64,000 nucleotides of DNA from Sphyrna mokarran (taxonomy: Eukaryota). Below are positions 25,303 through 38,900 of the stretch, piece by piece (within the stretch, counting starts at the first letter, position 1; every line of letters starts with the position of its first letter). The translations under genes were made by a program, and so were the position numbers. The stretch spans positions 118,296,001 to 118,360,000 of the forward strand of contig JAGIQG010000001.1 in NCBI GenBank assembly GCA_024679065.1. Direction: 5' to 3'. The notes under the pieces are model-generated. The model worked only from the letters and a program-made list of their open reading frames with translations, was not told where the DNA came from and ran no database searches.

Positions 25303-28300
25303 TGGGGGTGGTGTGGAGAAATCACAAAAAAATTCCTGAAAATGGCCCAGATATCATTTATACCTCATTTTCAAAATATTTAGTTCTTGTACTGAAAAAC
25401 TACAAGAAATGTGAATAGGAGTATATCCCTGGCAATTCACTATTCTGGCCAGCAATATAGAAATCTTTTGCAATGACCATTTTTACAGAACACAACATCT
25501 GCACAATGAACTGACAGGAAATGTTGCATCCTTGACAGCAGAAGTCAAAAAAAAAGAATGATATCAGAAAGCTTACCTGTACTTTCTGCTCTCCCCTCCC
25601 TTTTCATCTTCCCTTTTCAAAATCCATGAACTGCTACATCACAACACAATTACATTTATGTTGGCTAATAACTTCAATTAGAATCTTTTTAACTCTTTTA
25701 TCAAGAGGTATTTGTTGGCTTGCAAGAAGTCATAATTGCTGCATTTTTGGGGTATGATTTTAAATTCAACACACAGCATAGCAAAGGCTACTTATTAATA
25801 CACTAATTGCTATATTCAGAATCAACAATATTGATTTTAATGAAACTATGAGGAAGAACAAACAATAATAGTGTCAATTCTTGAGGTGTTAAAGGATAAT
25901 ATGTTTAGGATATTTGCTGAGTGGGTCAAGTTATCTTCCTCAATTTGCCCTGTATTTTTGACCCAATATGAAAATGGTTATACTTCAAATTAGGAACAGA
26001 TTCTGTCAAACAGAAGTGACTCATTATTTTAATCATCAACATGTCTGTTACAGAACATCATATTTTGGTTCTAATTGCATTTATATATAGCACAGCACAA
26101 GTAAATAAGAAACAACTGTTGAAAGCTGTTTCAGAGCTCCCTCCAAAGATTCTTGCATGTCTAATTGAGTAAAACAGCAACACTCAGAGATGCTGACCAA
26201 GAGGCATGTTCAACTCCTCAGGTCAGCAGGTCCATTTGTGATCTAATTTTTCCTCATTGCACATTAAGCACATCCAATAGTTCACAGCACATAATTAGGA
26301 CAAGCATTTTATTTTGGTATTAACATTAATGTTCAACTTTTAAGCAAGTTCTTGTCAGAAGAGTTCAAGAATTAACACAATGAGAAATTAAAGGATTAAG
26401 CCCTATGAGTTTCGAGCTTCACTGGAATATTATGAAGGGTAACCTAATAATTCCAGTTTAGATTAGAAAAATTACCCAAATTGGACTCAGAATTTGGGAC
26501 AGAACTCTGTTCATCTGGAACTCTGTTCTTTTTATTTTTGGTTCTTGTAGTTATAACCCAAAATTATGATCTATGCCAAACACCTACCTGAGCATTCTAC
26601 TGTTTATACCATTTAAATATGTTTTAGCAGACTACAAGTCCCTTTTCACAGACTGAATGACTGTGGGCCATTCCTGCTTACAAGGTAAATTTGGGGAAAG
26701 TGCCACGGAAGTAGCTTGCAAATTGCCCCGATCATACAAATTACCCTGTCGCTATATTTAGGAAGACGGTCAATTGCCAATGTGGTTGTGCTCTGCCAAT
26801 CACTCATGCCAACTAGTATGTACTTCTGACAATCATCAAAATTTGACAAAACTTAAAAAAATTCCTACAGAATTCAGAATACATAAAAACAATGTCTGAA
26901 AGTCCTTTTCAAGTGACTGAAGACATTCCATAGTGATTTTTCTAGAAGAGACTGTTTCTTGATATACAGCCAATTGGAAAAGCACAATAATCAAGTGTCA
27001 AAATAATGTCATTATGCAGAAATCCATGAAATACACAGTTTACACATCAGATGGTAGCTGCTGCAAACAAAACTGGCCACTATATTCCTCACCACTAAAA
27101 ATCTCATTAAAAATAAGCACCAACATCAAGGAATGATTGCAATCTTCAAGTTCACACGAAGATTATGTACTAATCCTTCTAGCCCAACCATCATCCCCAA
27201 TTACCCTCATCTCTTCTCCGATGATTCCAAGCACGTGTTGTTTAATAACATGTTGCTAAAGTAAAAGGAAGGGTAAAATATGTTTTTGCATAGAATTGGT
27301 GGGGCATCTTACTTTAAATAAATGACTAAATCTCACACAAAGCAAAATAAGGTCTATATTTTATCATTGCCATCCAGGCCTCAAAGCTGGGAGTGATTCC
27401 ACTTTGGACATGTGTGGGACCCTCAAACACATTTTACTGAAACACACAACTAACTGCTTGTCAGGACTGTTGTCCTTTTAAAGGGGAACTGCTCAGGCAT
27501 TATGGCTTTTTAAAAAGCTCACCCTGCAGCCCAGTGGCCAACTCTGAACGTTCTCTGGGAGTGGCTAGTCCAACTCCAGGTAGAACCCAACCCCATCTTT
27601 GATTGTATTTTCTCCGAAGGCAGGTCTGCTGAGCTGGGCAGCATTCAACTCTTGCTACCCAACTTGCAGATGAAAATCCAGTCCAGTTCATTTTCTCATG
27701 AAATAAGCTTTACAGATCCTAACACATGGTATTTCCTTTCCCCAGTGTTGTCATGGGAGACTAGAACTTGAGCCCAATACTAAGTGAGTAAAATATAATT
27801 GCCAAAGTGTTTAATAAATTGCACTTAAGTTAAAAATGGCATTTAAATGTGGATCAATTACTGAACAGTAACAAAGTCAATCCTTTTGCAAAAAATTCTT
27901 CTGAATACAACTGATCTGTTGATCTTTCTTGCAATGTGCACATTAATTTTATCAGAATACCTGAAGTCATCAAATAAAGTTCCGGTTCTCTGCAAATGTT
28001 TTAACGCAATTTCATTTGAATCACCCTATTTTTACATATTCTGATGACTTGTTCTAACATATTTCTTTTTGACATCAGATATCAACAAGAAGTGGAGAAA
28101 AAAAAATTCAAATGTTGGCTGTTCTATAAAAGACCAATAAATTTTCATAAATGGGAAGGTGGCCAAAACAAGGACCCCCACATTGGGTCTATGCTGTTGA
28201 AATCCATGGGAGCACAATGATTTGAAGCTCCAAGAATCCAGGTTTCAAACTCATGAGTACCTAGGATCATTTAGAAAAATTTCATAGAGAAGGAAGATGC

Positions 28301-28744
28301 AAGTTGGCAGTGATGGTGTGTAGGATTGGAGAAGTGATATGTCAGCATTTCCTCTGGAGGATTCATAATCATGTTATGAAATAACCACAATCAGTCTGTG
28401 CAAAATCTAAATTAAGGAATGCAAGACAGGAACCAGCAATTGCTACAGAGAGAAAGAATGGCAGTTGATGTTTGTTGTTTCTGGAAATTAAATTCACAGC
28501 AAAATGTGTAAAGTCCAGAGAAACCAAGTCAACATCTGGTACGGGAGAAGGACACTTAGAACTGGAGATTCCTCCAGTTAACTAGTATAAAGTGAGACAC
28601 TGGCACTAAACACAGATTTATGGAATGCTTCCTGATTAATATGCAGGGTTTATGGTCACAAAATTGCAGGTTATTGGTTTATTTTGTGGTATGGAAGGGA
28701 ATTGTGCTGCAACTAATTGAGGAGTCGCTGATTTTTCATTCTTT

Positions 28745-30815
28745 TTCTAATTCATGGTATGTGGATGTCTCTGACTATGCCAGCATTCATTGCCTATCCC
28801 CAACTACCTTTCAGGAGGTGGTGGTGGTGAACTGCCTTATTGAACCACTGGTCATATAGATCCATCCACAGTGCTGTTGGGGAGAAAACTGACCCAACAG
28901 TAAAGAATCAGCGATACATTTCCACATCAGGATGGTCAGTGACTTGGAAGAGAACTTCCAGGTGGTATTGTTCTTATGTGTCTGCTGCACTTGTCAGTTT
29001 AGATAGTAGTAGTCATGAATTTGGAAGGTACTATCTCTGTCACTCAAGTTTCCACAGCACATCTCATGGATGGTACGTTGCTCATTGGTGATAGAGGGAT
29101 TCAATGTTTGTGGAAGGGGTGTCAATCAAGTGGGCTACTTTGACCTAGGCTATTCATTTTATTCCTTTGTAACAGTTGAATACAACTGATTGACTTGCTA
29201 GGTCAAAGATGTGTAGGTTAGGTGGATTGGCCATCCGAAATTGCCCCTTAGTGTCAGGTGGTCTAGCTAGGGTAAATACATGGACTTGTGTGGATACAGC
29301 CTAGGTGACATTGTGGTCGGTCTAGACTTGATGGGCTGAATGACCTTCTTCTGCACTCTAGGATTCTATGATTTTGGAGGGCATTTAAGGGTCAACAGGC
29401 CAGATCAGATAAAGAGATTCGTAAACCAGTCACCATTAGACTTCTAATTCCAGATGTTTGAGTTTAAATTCCATCATCTGCCATTTGTGGGAGAGAATTC
29501 AAACCCAAGTCCCCAGAGCATTACCTGTGACATTACCTTCCACAACTGTACCATCACCTCACCTTGAGGAGTGACACATTGAAAAATGAATCAACGGAGA
29601 AGAAACCTCAGCATCTAGAATTTCTGCTGTATTAAACAACAATTTACATTCATATACCTCTTATACCCCTAGCTACTACTTCTGGAAAAATTTCATCCAC
29701 CCTTTGTGATTGATTCTCAACCACCCCCAGTTCTAGATTGCAGCTAAGATTAGACATTTCCCAGAGGGGCAAGAAGAAAAATATCTAACTGCTCTCTTTC
29801 ATTACTTTCCCTACTTGAGTGCTCTGGATATGAGCTTCAAGATGACATCAGAACTCAGATATAGATAGGTCTGTGGATTGGTAGATGTGACTGGCGCAAC
29901 TTGTGGGCCGAAGGGCCTGTTTGTGCTGTATTGTTCTATGTTCTATGAAGAAGTTTTCTGCTCCACCATCCAAAGAGTGAATTTTGCTTATGAGTAATTT
30001 CCATTTTTTATGAATCAGTAGCGATAGTAGCTAGGAATACAAGACCTATACGAATATAAATTTTTGTTTAAATCAGAAGTCCTGGAGGCTGAAGTTTCTT
30101 CGACATTGTTTCATTTTTCAAAGCATTATTCCTCAAGGCAAGGTGGTGGCACAGTGTATTGTCACAATGCTCTGGGAACCTGGGTTTGAATTTTATCCCC
30201 TTCCTCCCTCATGGCAAATGATGAAAATTAAACTTGAAGGAACATCTGGAATTAGAAGTCTAATGATGACTAGTTTACAAATCTCTTCATCTGGTCTGGC
30301 CTATGTGATTCCAGATCGATAGTAACATGGTTGACTCTTAAAATGCCCTCTGAAATGGTCTAGCAAGCCACTCAGTTATATTCAACTGCTACATAGGAAT
30401 GAAACCAGCCCACTTGATTGGCACCCCTTCCACAAACATTTAAATCCCTTTATCACCAATCAGCAGTGTGCCATCCACAAGACACATTGCAGAAACTCGA
30501 GACTCCAGAGACACCACCTTCCAAACCCATGACCACTACCATCTAAACAGACAAGTGCAGCAGACACAGAAGAACATCACCACCTAGAAGTTTCCTTCCA
30601 AGTCACTAACCATCCTGATATAGAAATGTTCCGCTGTTTCTTTACTGTTGTTGGGTCGATATACTGAAGTTTTCTCACCAACAGCACTGTGGGTGTACCT
30701 ACACTATATGGCCAGTGGTTCAAGAAGGCAGCTCACCACCACCACCACCTTCTAAGAGCAATTGGAGTTGTGCAACAAATGCTGGCCCAGCCAGCAACAC
30801 CTAAATTCCATGCAT
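28745..30815. mobile_element. Inverted pair of LINE-tail/SINE composites (28745-29560 minus; 30130-30815 plus) with nested HE1 and CR1 fragments
   Basis: 28770-29135 is the approximate reverse complement of 30405-30790. Confidence 0.75.
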
Positions 30816-31036
30816 TAGAGAATGTATAAAAATCAGTGGCTTCTCAATTAGTTGCAGCATTTTAAACCCTGCAGCAAAACTTGAATTCCCTTCCATATCA
30901 CAACATAAACCAATGACCAACAATTTTGTTACTATTAACCAAGTAGTGTCAACGTCTGGTTTCGAATCTCTTTACCTGATCATACCAACAGCAATGTGGT
31001 TGAGTCTTGCAAGAAGACTGAAATTAAGACATTGTG

Positions 31037-32128
31037 GATGGAATTTAGTACTCTACTCTGTAGCACTTTTGCTGGGGCCATGGTATTTAATCAGGTGGAT
31101 GGAGTCCCCCTCCATTGAGGCCACTTGGGCCTCATCCTGCCACTAATAGTATTAACCCAGTGGTATGTAGGATAATCATCGTGCAAAGGACACAACAAGC
31201 AAATCCACGTTGATTGCCCTGAGGCATTGCAAGGAGTCCCTCATTCAAAGGCAGTGTCTGATCAAGGAACCCAGCATCCGGAAAGGGTGAGCATCTGAGA
31301 GCCATGCCTTTGTTGTTGCTGCCTAGTGCCCTCCCTAGCACTCTCCCTCACCCCATGACCTCTTCCAGTGACATCTCTGGGCCCCAGGTGGGGGCTGTAC
31401 TGGCAGCATCCACCACCTCCCAGTAGTCAGCAACCCTGAATGTGAGGAACCTCTTATCTAAATTCCCTAATCCCAGGAAAGCCTGCCACTGGCTAGCTAA
31501 GTGTTTTAATTCAGAGAAGGAGATGACATAGGACTCTATAGTAGGAAGGACAGAGCACCAGTGCCTCCAATAAATGCTGCCTCGCAGACAGGAAGGCAAC
31601 CTATCAAGGACGTGGGTCAGTCTTTGTATGTATTTGGCTCAATCAGTGGAACATAATCTCTGAAGTCTGGCAGTGCCTGAGAGATGCATTTACTGCTGAG
31701 GAAGCTAGAAAATACAAGGGTACCTTCCTTCATAGGGGTCAGCATGACTACCCTCTTGCTGGACCAAGCAGGCAGGCCCCATGAACCAGAAGAGATTAAA
31801 CCCCAACAGCAGCAGCAGTCTTTGCTAATGGTAGCACCTGCCTTGAGCCATGTTCCTCCAGCTCCAATGGACCCCCCTCTTTCCCTGAACGTTACAGAGA
31901 ATCTGCCTCCATGCAGGTGGCAAATGTGGTCATTTCATTGCCAGCTAAATACAGTAGCCTGAGGAAACTGGCATTAACTGGGCTCAATTATTCAAATTGG
32001 CTGTCCACTTATATTTAGCAGGTACCTGAGCCGTGGCCAGTCCCACGACTGCGGGACGGAGTTAGGGAGCCAATATTTTCCTAGCTCCCGTCTCTTAGCC
32101 ATCACCCAGAAGTCAATAAAATTCCATC
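31037..32128. mobile_element. Non-autonomous DNA transposon (Harbinger-like) with short TIRs
   Basis: GATGGAATTT at 31037-31046 and AAATTCCATC at 32119-32128 bound a GC-elevated block. Confidence 0.5.
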
Positions 32129-33177
32129 TGATATTGCAGCATCAACTGTATCAAGCTAGTTTTTCTTCAGATTAAATGAAAGGCGGCTTCAAACATGACA
32201 TTGTGTATTTGCTTGATGAAAACTATATGCTGCACAATAGATGCTTTTGTCAAATGTACTTTTTCATTCAATAAAGGAGATTGGTTGTCACCAAAAGAAG
32301 CCTTTCACTAGGTCCCATAGAATGTTAATGTGCAAGGTTCTTTGGAATTACATTCTCTCTATCCAATGGTGCTGCAATACTGGACAGAAAATATATTTCT
32401 CTTCTTCTTGTTCTCTCTGCAAGTGGCAATGACCTTTTACTCACCCAGCCCATTTTTTGAATCTGAATCAAAGCCACCCATCCTACAATTCAATGATTTA
32501 GAAGTTAGTTCCAAACTGATTTTGAAGAAATCAGTTTATTTATTGATTTTACTGGGATTGAGCAAACTGGGCACACATAAATGCACACAAAAAATAGCTT
32601 TGCTTATAACAACAATAAAATGCTTCACATTGGAACAATTGTCCATTACAGAGCAGAAAACTAATTATTTAACATCAAATGGAGAAAAAAAATTGCCCTC
32701 CAGATTATTCAGCTGCATTTTATTTAATAGATTAAATAGCTCTCCTTTTGCACACTATTTCATTGATATGATGAGGTAATGCAAAACTCTGTTCAAATAA
32801 CTTAATTGGCAATAAAAAGATATAAGTGAAAGTACTAGAATTGGATCACCCTGATGTTTCAGTGGGTGATTGGTAGTCCTCAGACTCACACAAGGAAATT
32901 CCCAGATTCAATATTCATTCTGTGCTGATTTAAGTGGATATGGCAGAGGTGACACAACAATAGTCCTCATTAAGGAACCATATATTGACCGAAGTCAACA
33001 TCCTAAATGGAAGCAAATGGGAGAATTGAAAAAAAATAAGAAAACTGAACAGATGACTAGTGATTAAGCCTTTTCAAACAATTTAGTGATCCCAATAGAT
33101 TCTATAGTTTAATTTTGCTGGAAATGGGAGTAAACTTAAGAGACTAGTGGAATTAAGAGACTCTGGACTCTCAGAAA

Positions 33178-33481
33178 CTATTTCCCCGAGCTGAAATGGT
33201 CACTACGAGAGGACACAGATTTAAGGTGCAGGGAAGCAAATACAAAGGAGATGTCAGGGGTAGGTTTTTCACTCAGAGGGTGGTGAGTGAATGGAACCGA
33301 CTGCCGTCGGAGGTTGTTGAGGCAAACTCACTGGGGTCTTTTAAGAGACTTCTGGATGAGTATATGGAAAAGAATAGGATAGGGGGTTATAGATAGGTCT
33401 GTGGATTGGTAGATGTGATCGGCGCAACTCGTGGACTGAAGGGCCTGTTTGTGCTGTATTGTTCTATGTCTATGTCTATGT
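33178..33481 (+). mobile_element. Young CR1 LINE 3' end
   Basis: Open ORF 33196-33396 (TRGHRFKV...FFTQRVVSEWNRLP) and (tctatg)n tail. Confidence 0.9.
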
Positions 33482-33559
33482 CAATCTTGGATTTTGCAGC
33501 TATGTGCCGAAAAACGTACAGCAGTGGTTGGAAAGTAGAGCTGGCCACTTAGCACTGTC

Positions 33560-35945
33560 TCCAGATCAATCTAAATTTCTAGGTTGGAAACAATTGTGCA
33601 AATGCAGAGAACTTCTTCCAAAGCACGTGGAAATTTCATTAAACATACAGAAGGTGCAGAGATGAGCACCAAGCCAAAGGCTATGACCTCCTGTGCCACA
33701 ACTTTCATGTCAAACTTGGCCACACCACATATTTCCAAATTGACATTGTTCAACCAAATCATCTGTCAATTATCACTTCCTCTGAAACTCTAGTGATTGG
33801 TGGGTTCCACATAGCCAATGTCTACAAGTCCCCAGGCACTAGCTGGGAGCTGTAAACTTTGCCCACTCTCCGCCACCTAGTTTTCTATGTGAGGGACTTT
33901 AACAGTCAGCATTCAAATGAGGGATACACAGTACTAGACAGTGATAGTGAAGCACTTGTATAATGGGCATACACTTGTACACATCCCAAAACAGTGAGGA
34001 CATACTTTTCAGCCAGATGGCATAAGGGCTACTCCCCTGATCTATGCTGGATCAATTACCTTATAGGACTCCCCACCTTGCAGAGTCTTGTCCTGGATGA
34101 CTTCCCACATAGCCAAAACCATCTTTCTACTCATTCACATCGACCTATGTGTTCCAGTCATCAACAGCCCCAAAAAGATGTGATGGAACTTACATTAAAC
34201 AAATTGGACAAAATACAGTGAATACCTCAATAATTCCACTATGAAGCAGCACAGTTAATGAAGCATGCAACAATGATGCTATCTACAAAGCAGCCTACAT
34301 AGGAATTTCCCGAGACTACCAACCATCTACATCCCATGCTTAGATATAGAGGGCTGCCCTTCTGAAGGCATTTGAAGCATCAGGAGACCCAGAGTTGGAG
34401 ACCACCTGATCAACTCTCTCAATGCCACACTCTGCACCAAGGGGGAGGAAATTGCAGCAGAGCTAAACTTCACACACACCAACAGGAAATGCTCAGTCTA
34501 ACTTGTTGCTTGGAGCAGCCCAAAAGCTACCCACTCAAAACTGCTCCTCAGTTATTCCCAACCATGTGTCCAGTTAGAAAAAGTTGAAGATTGGTGCTGT
34601 GTTCCTTGACCTCACAGCCGCTTACAATAAAAGTTTGGCACACTGACCTCCTCCTGAGGTTATCACGGGCCCTCCCCTACCGGGTGACTAAAAGCATCAG
34701 AACACTGTTGAACAAAGATTCAGAGTTCACCTTGACAGCCAAAAAGTATGTGGAAAAGACAAACCAATGAACTTTCCAAAGAAATAGCCTGCTTAAAAGT
34801 AACTCCTGAAAATTCATACATGCCGATTACATCTGCCTCACAGCTCAAGTCCTCTGACTTTGACACTTTGGATTGGACCTAAATGAGGATTTGTCAAAAC
34901 TTGAACAATGCTGTGACAAATGGCAAATCATGCTAAACCCTGCAAAGTCAGCGTCCAGCTTATTCATTCTTCACAATGCAAAAGCCAATAAAGAACTCAA
35001 AATCAAAATGAATGGCTACAGGTTAAATCACCACCCAACTCCAACATACTTCACCCTAGATAGGACACTAAATCAAATACATCTTCTGTGCCTATTTGGT
35101 CAAAATCGACACACAGTTGACACCCAGCTGATCACTACCGTGCATATCAGCACTAGAATACTATGATCAACACCATACCCTTGGCTCCATCTTGGCAAAA
35201 TCACTTTTCCACATCCTATTGACTTGCAACAACCCACAAAATGATAGAAAAAATTTGCAATGCCCCCCAGCTACCACTTCATGTTGATTTATTTAGCCTA
35301 ACCAAGGTACAACTCTCAAAAAGGCTGATTTGAAAAAAAGAACCTTCCATACAGGACTTCCTGACAAATGAGTGGGAATCATTGGATACATGGCCTCAAA
35401 TCCAACCCAACAGCTGCCTGGTTTCAAACTTCCGAGGAAAGAACAGTCTACCCTCAATAGGATCAGGACCAGCTACAGCCCCTGCTTGGCCAACCTCTGC
35501 AGATAGGGTATTAATGCTAGTCCCCTGTATGCCTGTGTCAATGATGTGGAGATGCTGGCGTTGGACTGGGGTAAATATAGTAAATATAAGTCTCACAACA
35601 CCAGGTTAAAGTCCAACCAGTTTATTTGATAGTAAACCCACAAGCTTTCAGAAACACTGTTCCTTCGTCATGCATGTGGAAAGTTTACTGCATCAAGTTT
35701 ACAGAACTTTCCACACACCTGACAAAGGAACACTGTTTCCGAAAGCTTGTGGGTTTACTATCAAATAAACTGGTTGGACTTTAACCTGGTGTTGCAAGAC
35801 TTCTTACTGTGCCTGTATCAACAACAGACTGTGCACCATGTCAAAGAAGAGGGCCCAATCCACAGAATCAATGAAGTCCTTTCCACACACTCAAAATCAA
35901 AAGAAACTACTTGGCTTAGGGGCTTAGCATTTGCAAATTAATTTA
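33560..35945 (+). mobile_element. Decayed RTE-X-like LINE spanning endonuclease, RT and C-terminal zinc knuckle
   Basis: Successive relics: IANVYKSP...YVRDFNS, YFSARWHKGYSPDLCW, VLDDFPHSQ, GAVFLDLTAAY, KFIHADYICL, DLSKLEQCCDKWQIMLNPAKS...TLDRTL, C...QTVHHV. Confidence 0.8.
35542..35809. mobile_element. Foldback Penelope-like mini-element with two damaged hammerhead cores
   Basis: Inverted arms of about 100 bp; 12-bp TSD tgcctgt(g/a)tcaa at 35530-35541 and 35810-35821. Plus core CUGACAA...GAAAGCUU; minus core AUGACGA...GAAAGCUU. Confidence 0.8.
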
Positions 35946-38900
35946 TTATGTCAGAAAAAGGCTGCAATTATATATTACATTCAGTATAGCAAATCCTCCC
36001 CAAGCGCTCATTTCACGGATGCAGTAAACAAAATTTGACAGCAAGCCACAGAAAGAGACATTAGAATAGGTAATCAAAAGTTTGGATAAAGAAGTAGGTT
36101 TTAACTTTTTAAGAGTAAGGTAGAACTTAAAGGTTGAGGCAGCTGAAGGCACACTGACAAATAAGAAGCATGATAAAAGTTGGGATGCGAAAGAGACATG
36201 TCTGCAATCTTCCCAGTCCTTGGAGACAGTTTTGGAGATGTGGGAAATGTGGATAATTGTACATCAGATCAGTTCCTGATCCATTTCCATCTCCATGTGT
36301 TTTCAGCAGGGATGAGCAGTGACCAGGGAGACTTAATTAGAGTGATTACAAGAGCAAGTAACGTGAATTTATCCATTGCAACAAAATCCTAAAAATGACC
36401 ATAGGTTCACTGCCAAGTCTGTCCCTCAGCAGATGAGAAGATGTTGATTCACAGAAGTTAGTGCTAAATCATTCACTGGCAGAAAATGGTGAGGCTGCTG
36501 TCTGACCCTTTCACAGCCTTGCCAGAGACATCCCTCTCCATGATTCTATTAGTCACATCATTTGCTCCACAGACACAACTGACTGCTGCAGTGCCTACCC
36601 TGCACTGCATCAGTCTGACTGCCAGCAGTACGCCTACAGATGTCAGTGGGGATTACCAGACTCCACTGGAATGTGACCTCCCATGCTTGCACCCCCAGAA
36701 CCCACCCACCATCTATCTGCAACTGGATAGCAAAAACAGAGGCAATTTCTTAACAGGCCAACTCCAGGAAGGTTTCCCATCAGTGCACATCCCACAAGCA
36801 GGGTTACGACTCCTCAATTTTCCAAAGCAGGAAAATTACAGGAAATGTGCCCTCTAAGCTGCACGACTGCACAACTGAACAACAACTTGAAAAATCCTAG
36901 TGTAGGCCAATAGCAAGTTAGTCACTTTAAATTTCTGCTGTATTTGGAGTGCACTGTCAAACAATAAGACAAATCAGAAAGAATGGGGGGTTGAGAGAGG
37001 TAGTGATGAGACAGAGTTGAGTCATCAACATACATGTGCAACATGATATCTTTTCAGATGATATTGCTAAGAAAGCATGTAAATATGAAATGGCAGGGAA
37101 CCAAGAATAGATCCTTTGGGGAATCAGAGGTTGCAACGTGGTAGTAAGAGATTTTGATCTGATTGGAGGGATTCAAACAGTCCCAGCAGCAAGAAATGTG
37201 CAATTTGCTGGATATTGATGCATGCTTCATGGATTTGCATTCACAACAACTAGTTTGCTAAATCTCAATAACATTAAGGAGGCCAAGTTTGAAAGTTTAG
37301 TTAGCAATGCGTTTTCATCATGCAATGTAAGCTTTTGAGGTAACACAATAGAACAAGAAAACCTGGGCGAACACTGATGAAAGGACTACTTAAGACAGAT
37401 GTCAAGAGGAATTATTTTATGTAGAGTCAATGGTCTTCTAACTAGAATGGAGATGAGAATGTTAGATTCACTAAAAATACAATAAGACAAGGCCCATCAC
37501 TGTTGTCAAAAATGCCACATGTTGTAGAACTGACTGCTGGAATTTCAATTTCTCTAGTTAATACATTTAGATGCAGGTAGTTGGGGTGGGGATGGTTAGG
37601 TGGGATTATTTTTCCTATAAACAAACAGCAAAGATGAATCAAGTCATCTTCCATGTCCATGTTTCTCAGAGGATCTTATCAATTGGAGATTACTCCACTA
37701 TTAGCCTCAGAAAAGTACATTCAAAATTTCAGACTTTGCTTCATGGAGATCAATGAGGGAATCATTTAAAAAAAACTTGTTGGGAAGAGTTTAGAAACCC
37801 AGCTTTGAAAATAAGATTGCAGAAATCCTGTATCGCAATGATTCCTCAATCTCCGATTATAGCTTTGATATAAGTTCAGTGGAAAGCTCAAAATGATTTA
37901 TGCAAATTATTGTGTTTTTGGGGTTTCCATTGATCATCCACAAAATTGCACTGAGAAATTGGAAAACTCAGTGGCAATTGTATCCCAATGATTATGAGCT
38001 TCAAAACATTTGCATAGTTAACAAGATGTTAGTAAAATCTCCAAACTTTGTTCAAACAGCATCATGTAGATTAATTAGGTCACTTGTATCATTTATTTAC
38101 TGATAATCAAATCATTGTGTTTTGTAAAAATCCCCACAACCTCATCATTCAACAGGAGAGTGACACCTACTTAGTAAAAGTGACTATCAATATACCAGCA
38201 GGTCTTTCCAAATTGGCTGCTGACAGATATTAGAAATCCATCTCCTGTGCAATGGTTGTGGAGTAATCAAGTATTAGAACTTCTGTTTCTAAATTGCTTT
38301 AAATTGGTTCTGAAGTTTCAAGACACAATGCTGTTGTTAAAAATGCCCAACATTGTGGAATTAACAGCTGGGATTTCAACCTCTCCAGTTAACACTAACT
38401 ACAAATCCATTGTGCTTTTTTTCAAAACACAGTTATTAATCTATAATATGTTGGTATCAAGTCTTCAGTGAGATACATCACACAAAAAAATGTTTCACAA
38501 GAGGTGAAAGTGGTTGGGGGAAAATGACACTGAATAGAAATCAGGAGATGATTGATGAAGCATTTCAGTTTAAAAAAGTTACTGAAAATGAGAACAATGT
38601 GAATAACGGGAAAAGGAATTGATTCACCTTGTTTGTACTGCAGTTTACCAGTAAAAGATATGGACAGAAGAATTCATAACAAAAAAGTGAATTTTCAACT
38701 TTTACATTAAGCAAATAGGATATTGTGGGGTGAACCTAAAAAGACCAGGAAACCCAGAAGTGAGCACACACATGTCCTGATGAATTTAACCACAGGATCT
38801 CATCTGAATTTTTTTTGCTGTTTCCCAGCAAATAGTTGGTCAGCTGAGATTGGCTGGTTGGCTCAGGTAAGTAGTGCTGCACTTGAAAGCCACCACCAAG

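Noticed and set aside
25261-25312. Long G tract as a functional G-quadruplex
   Set aside because: Homopolymer length is error-prone in assemblies and G runs recur throughout the window's repeats.
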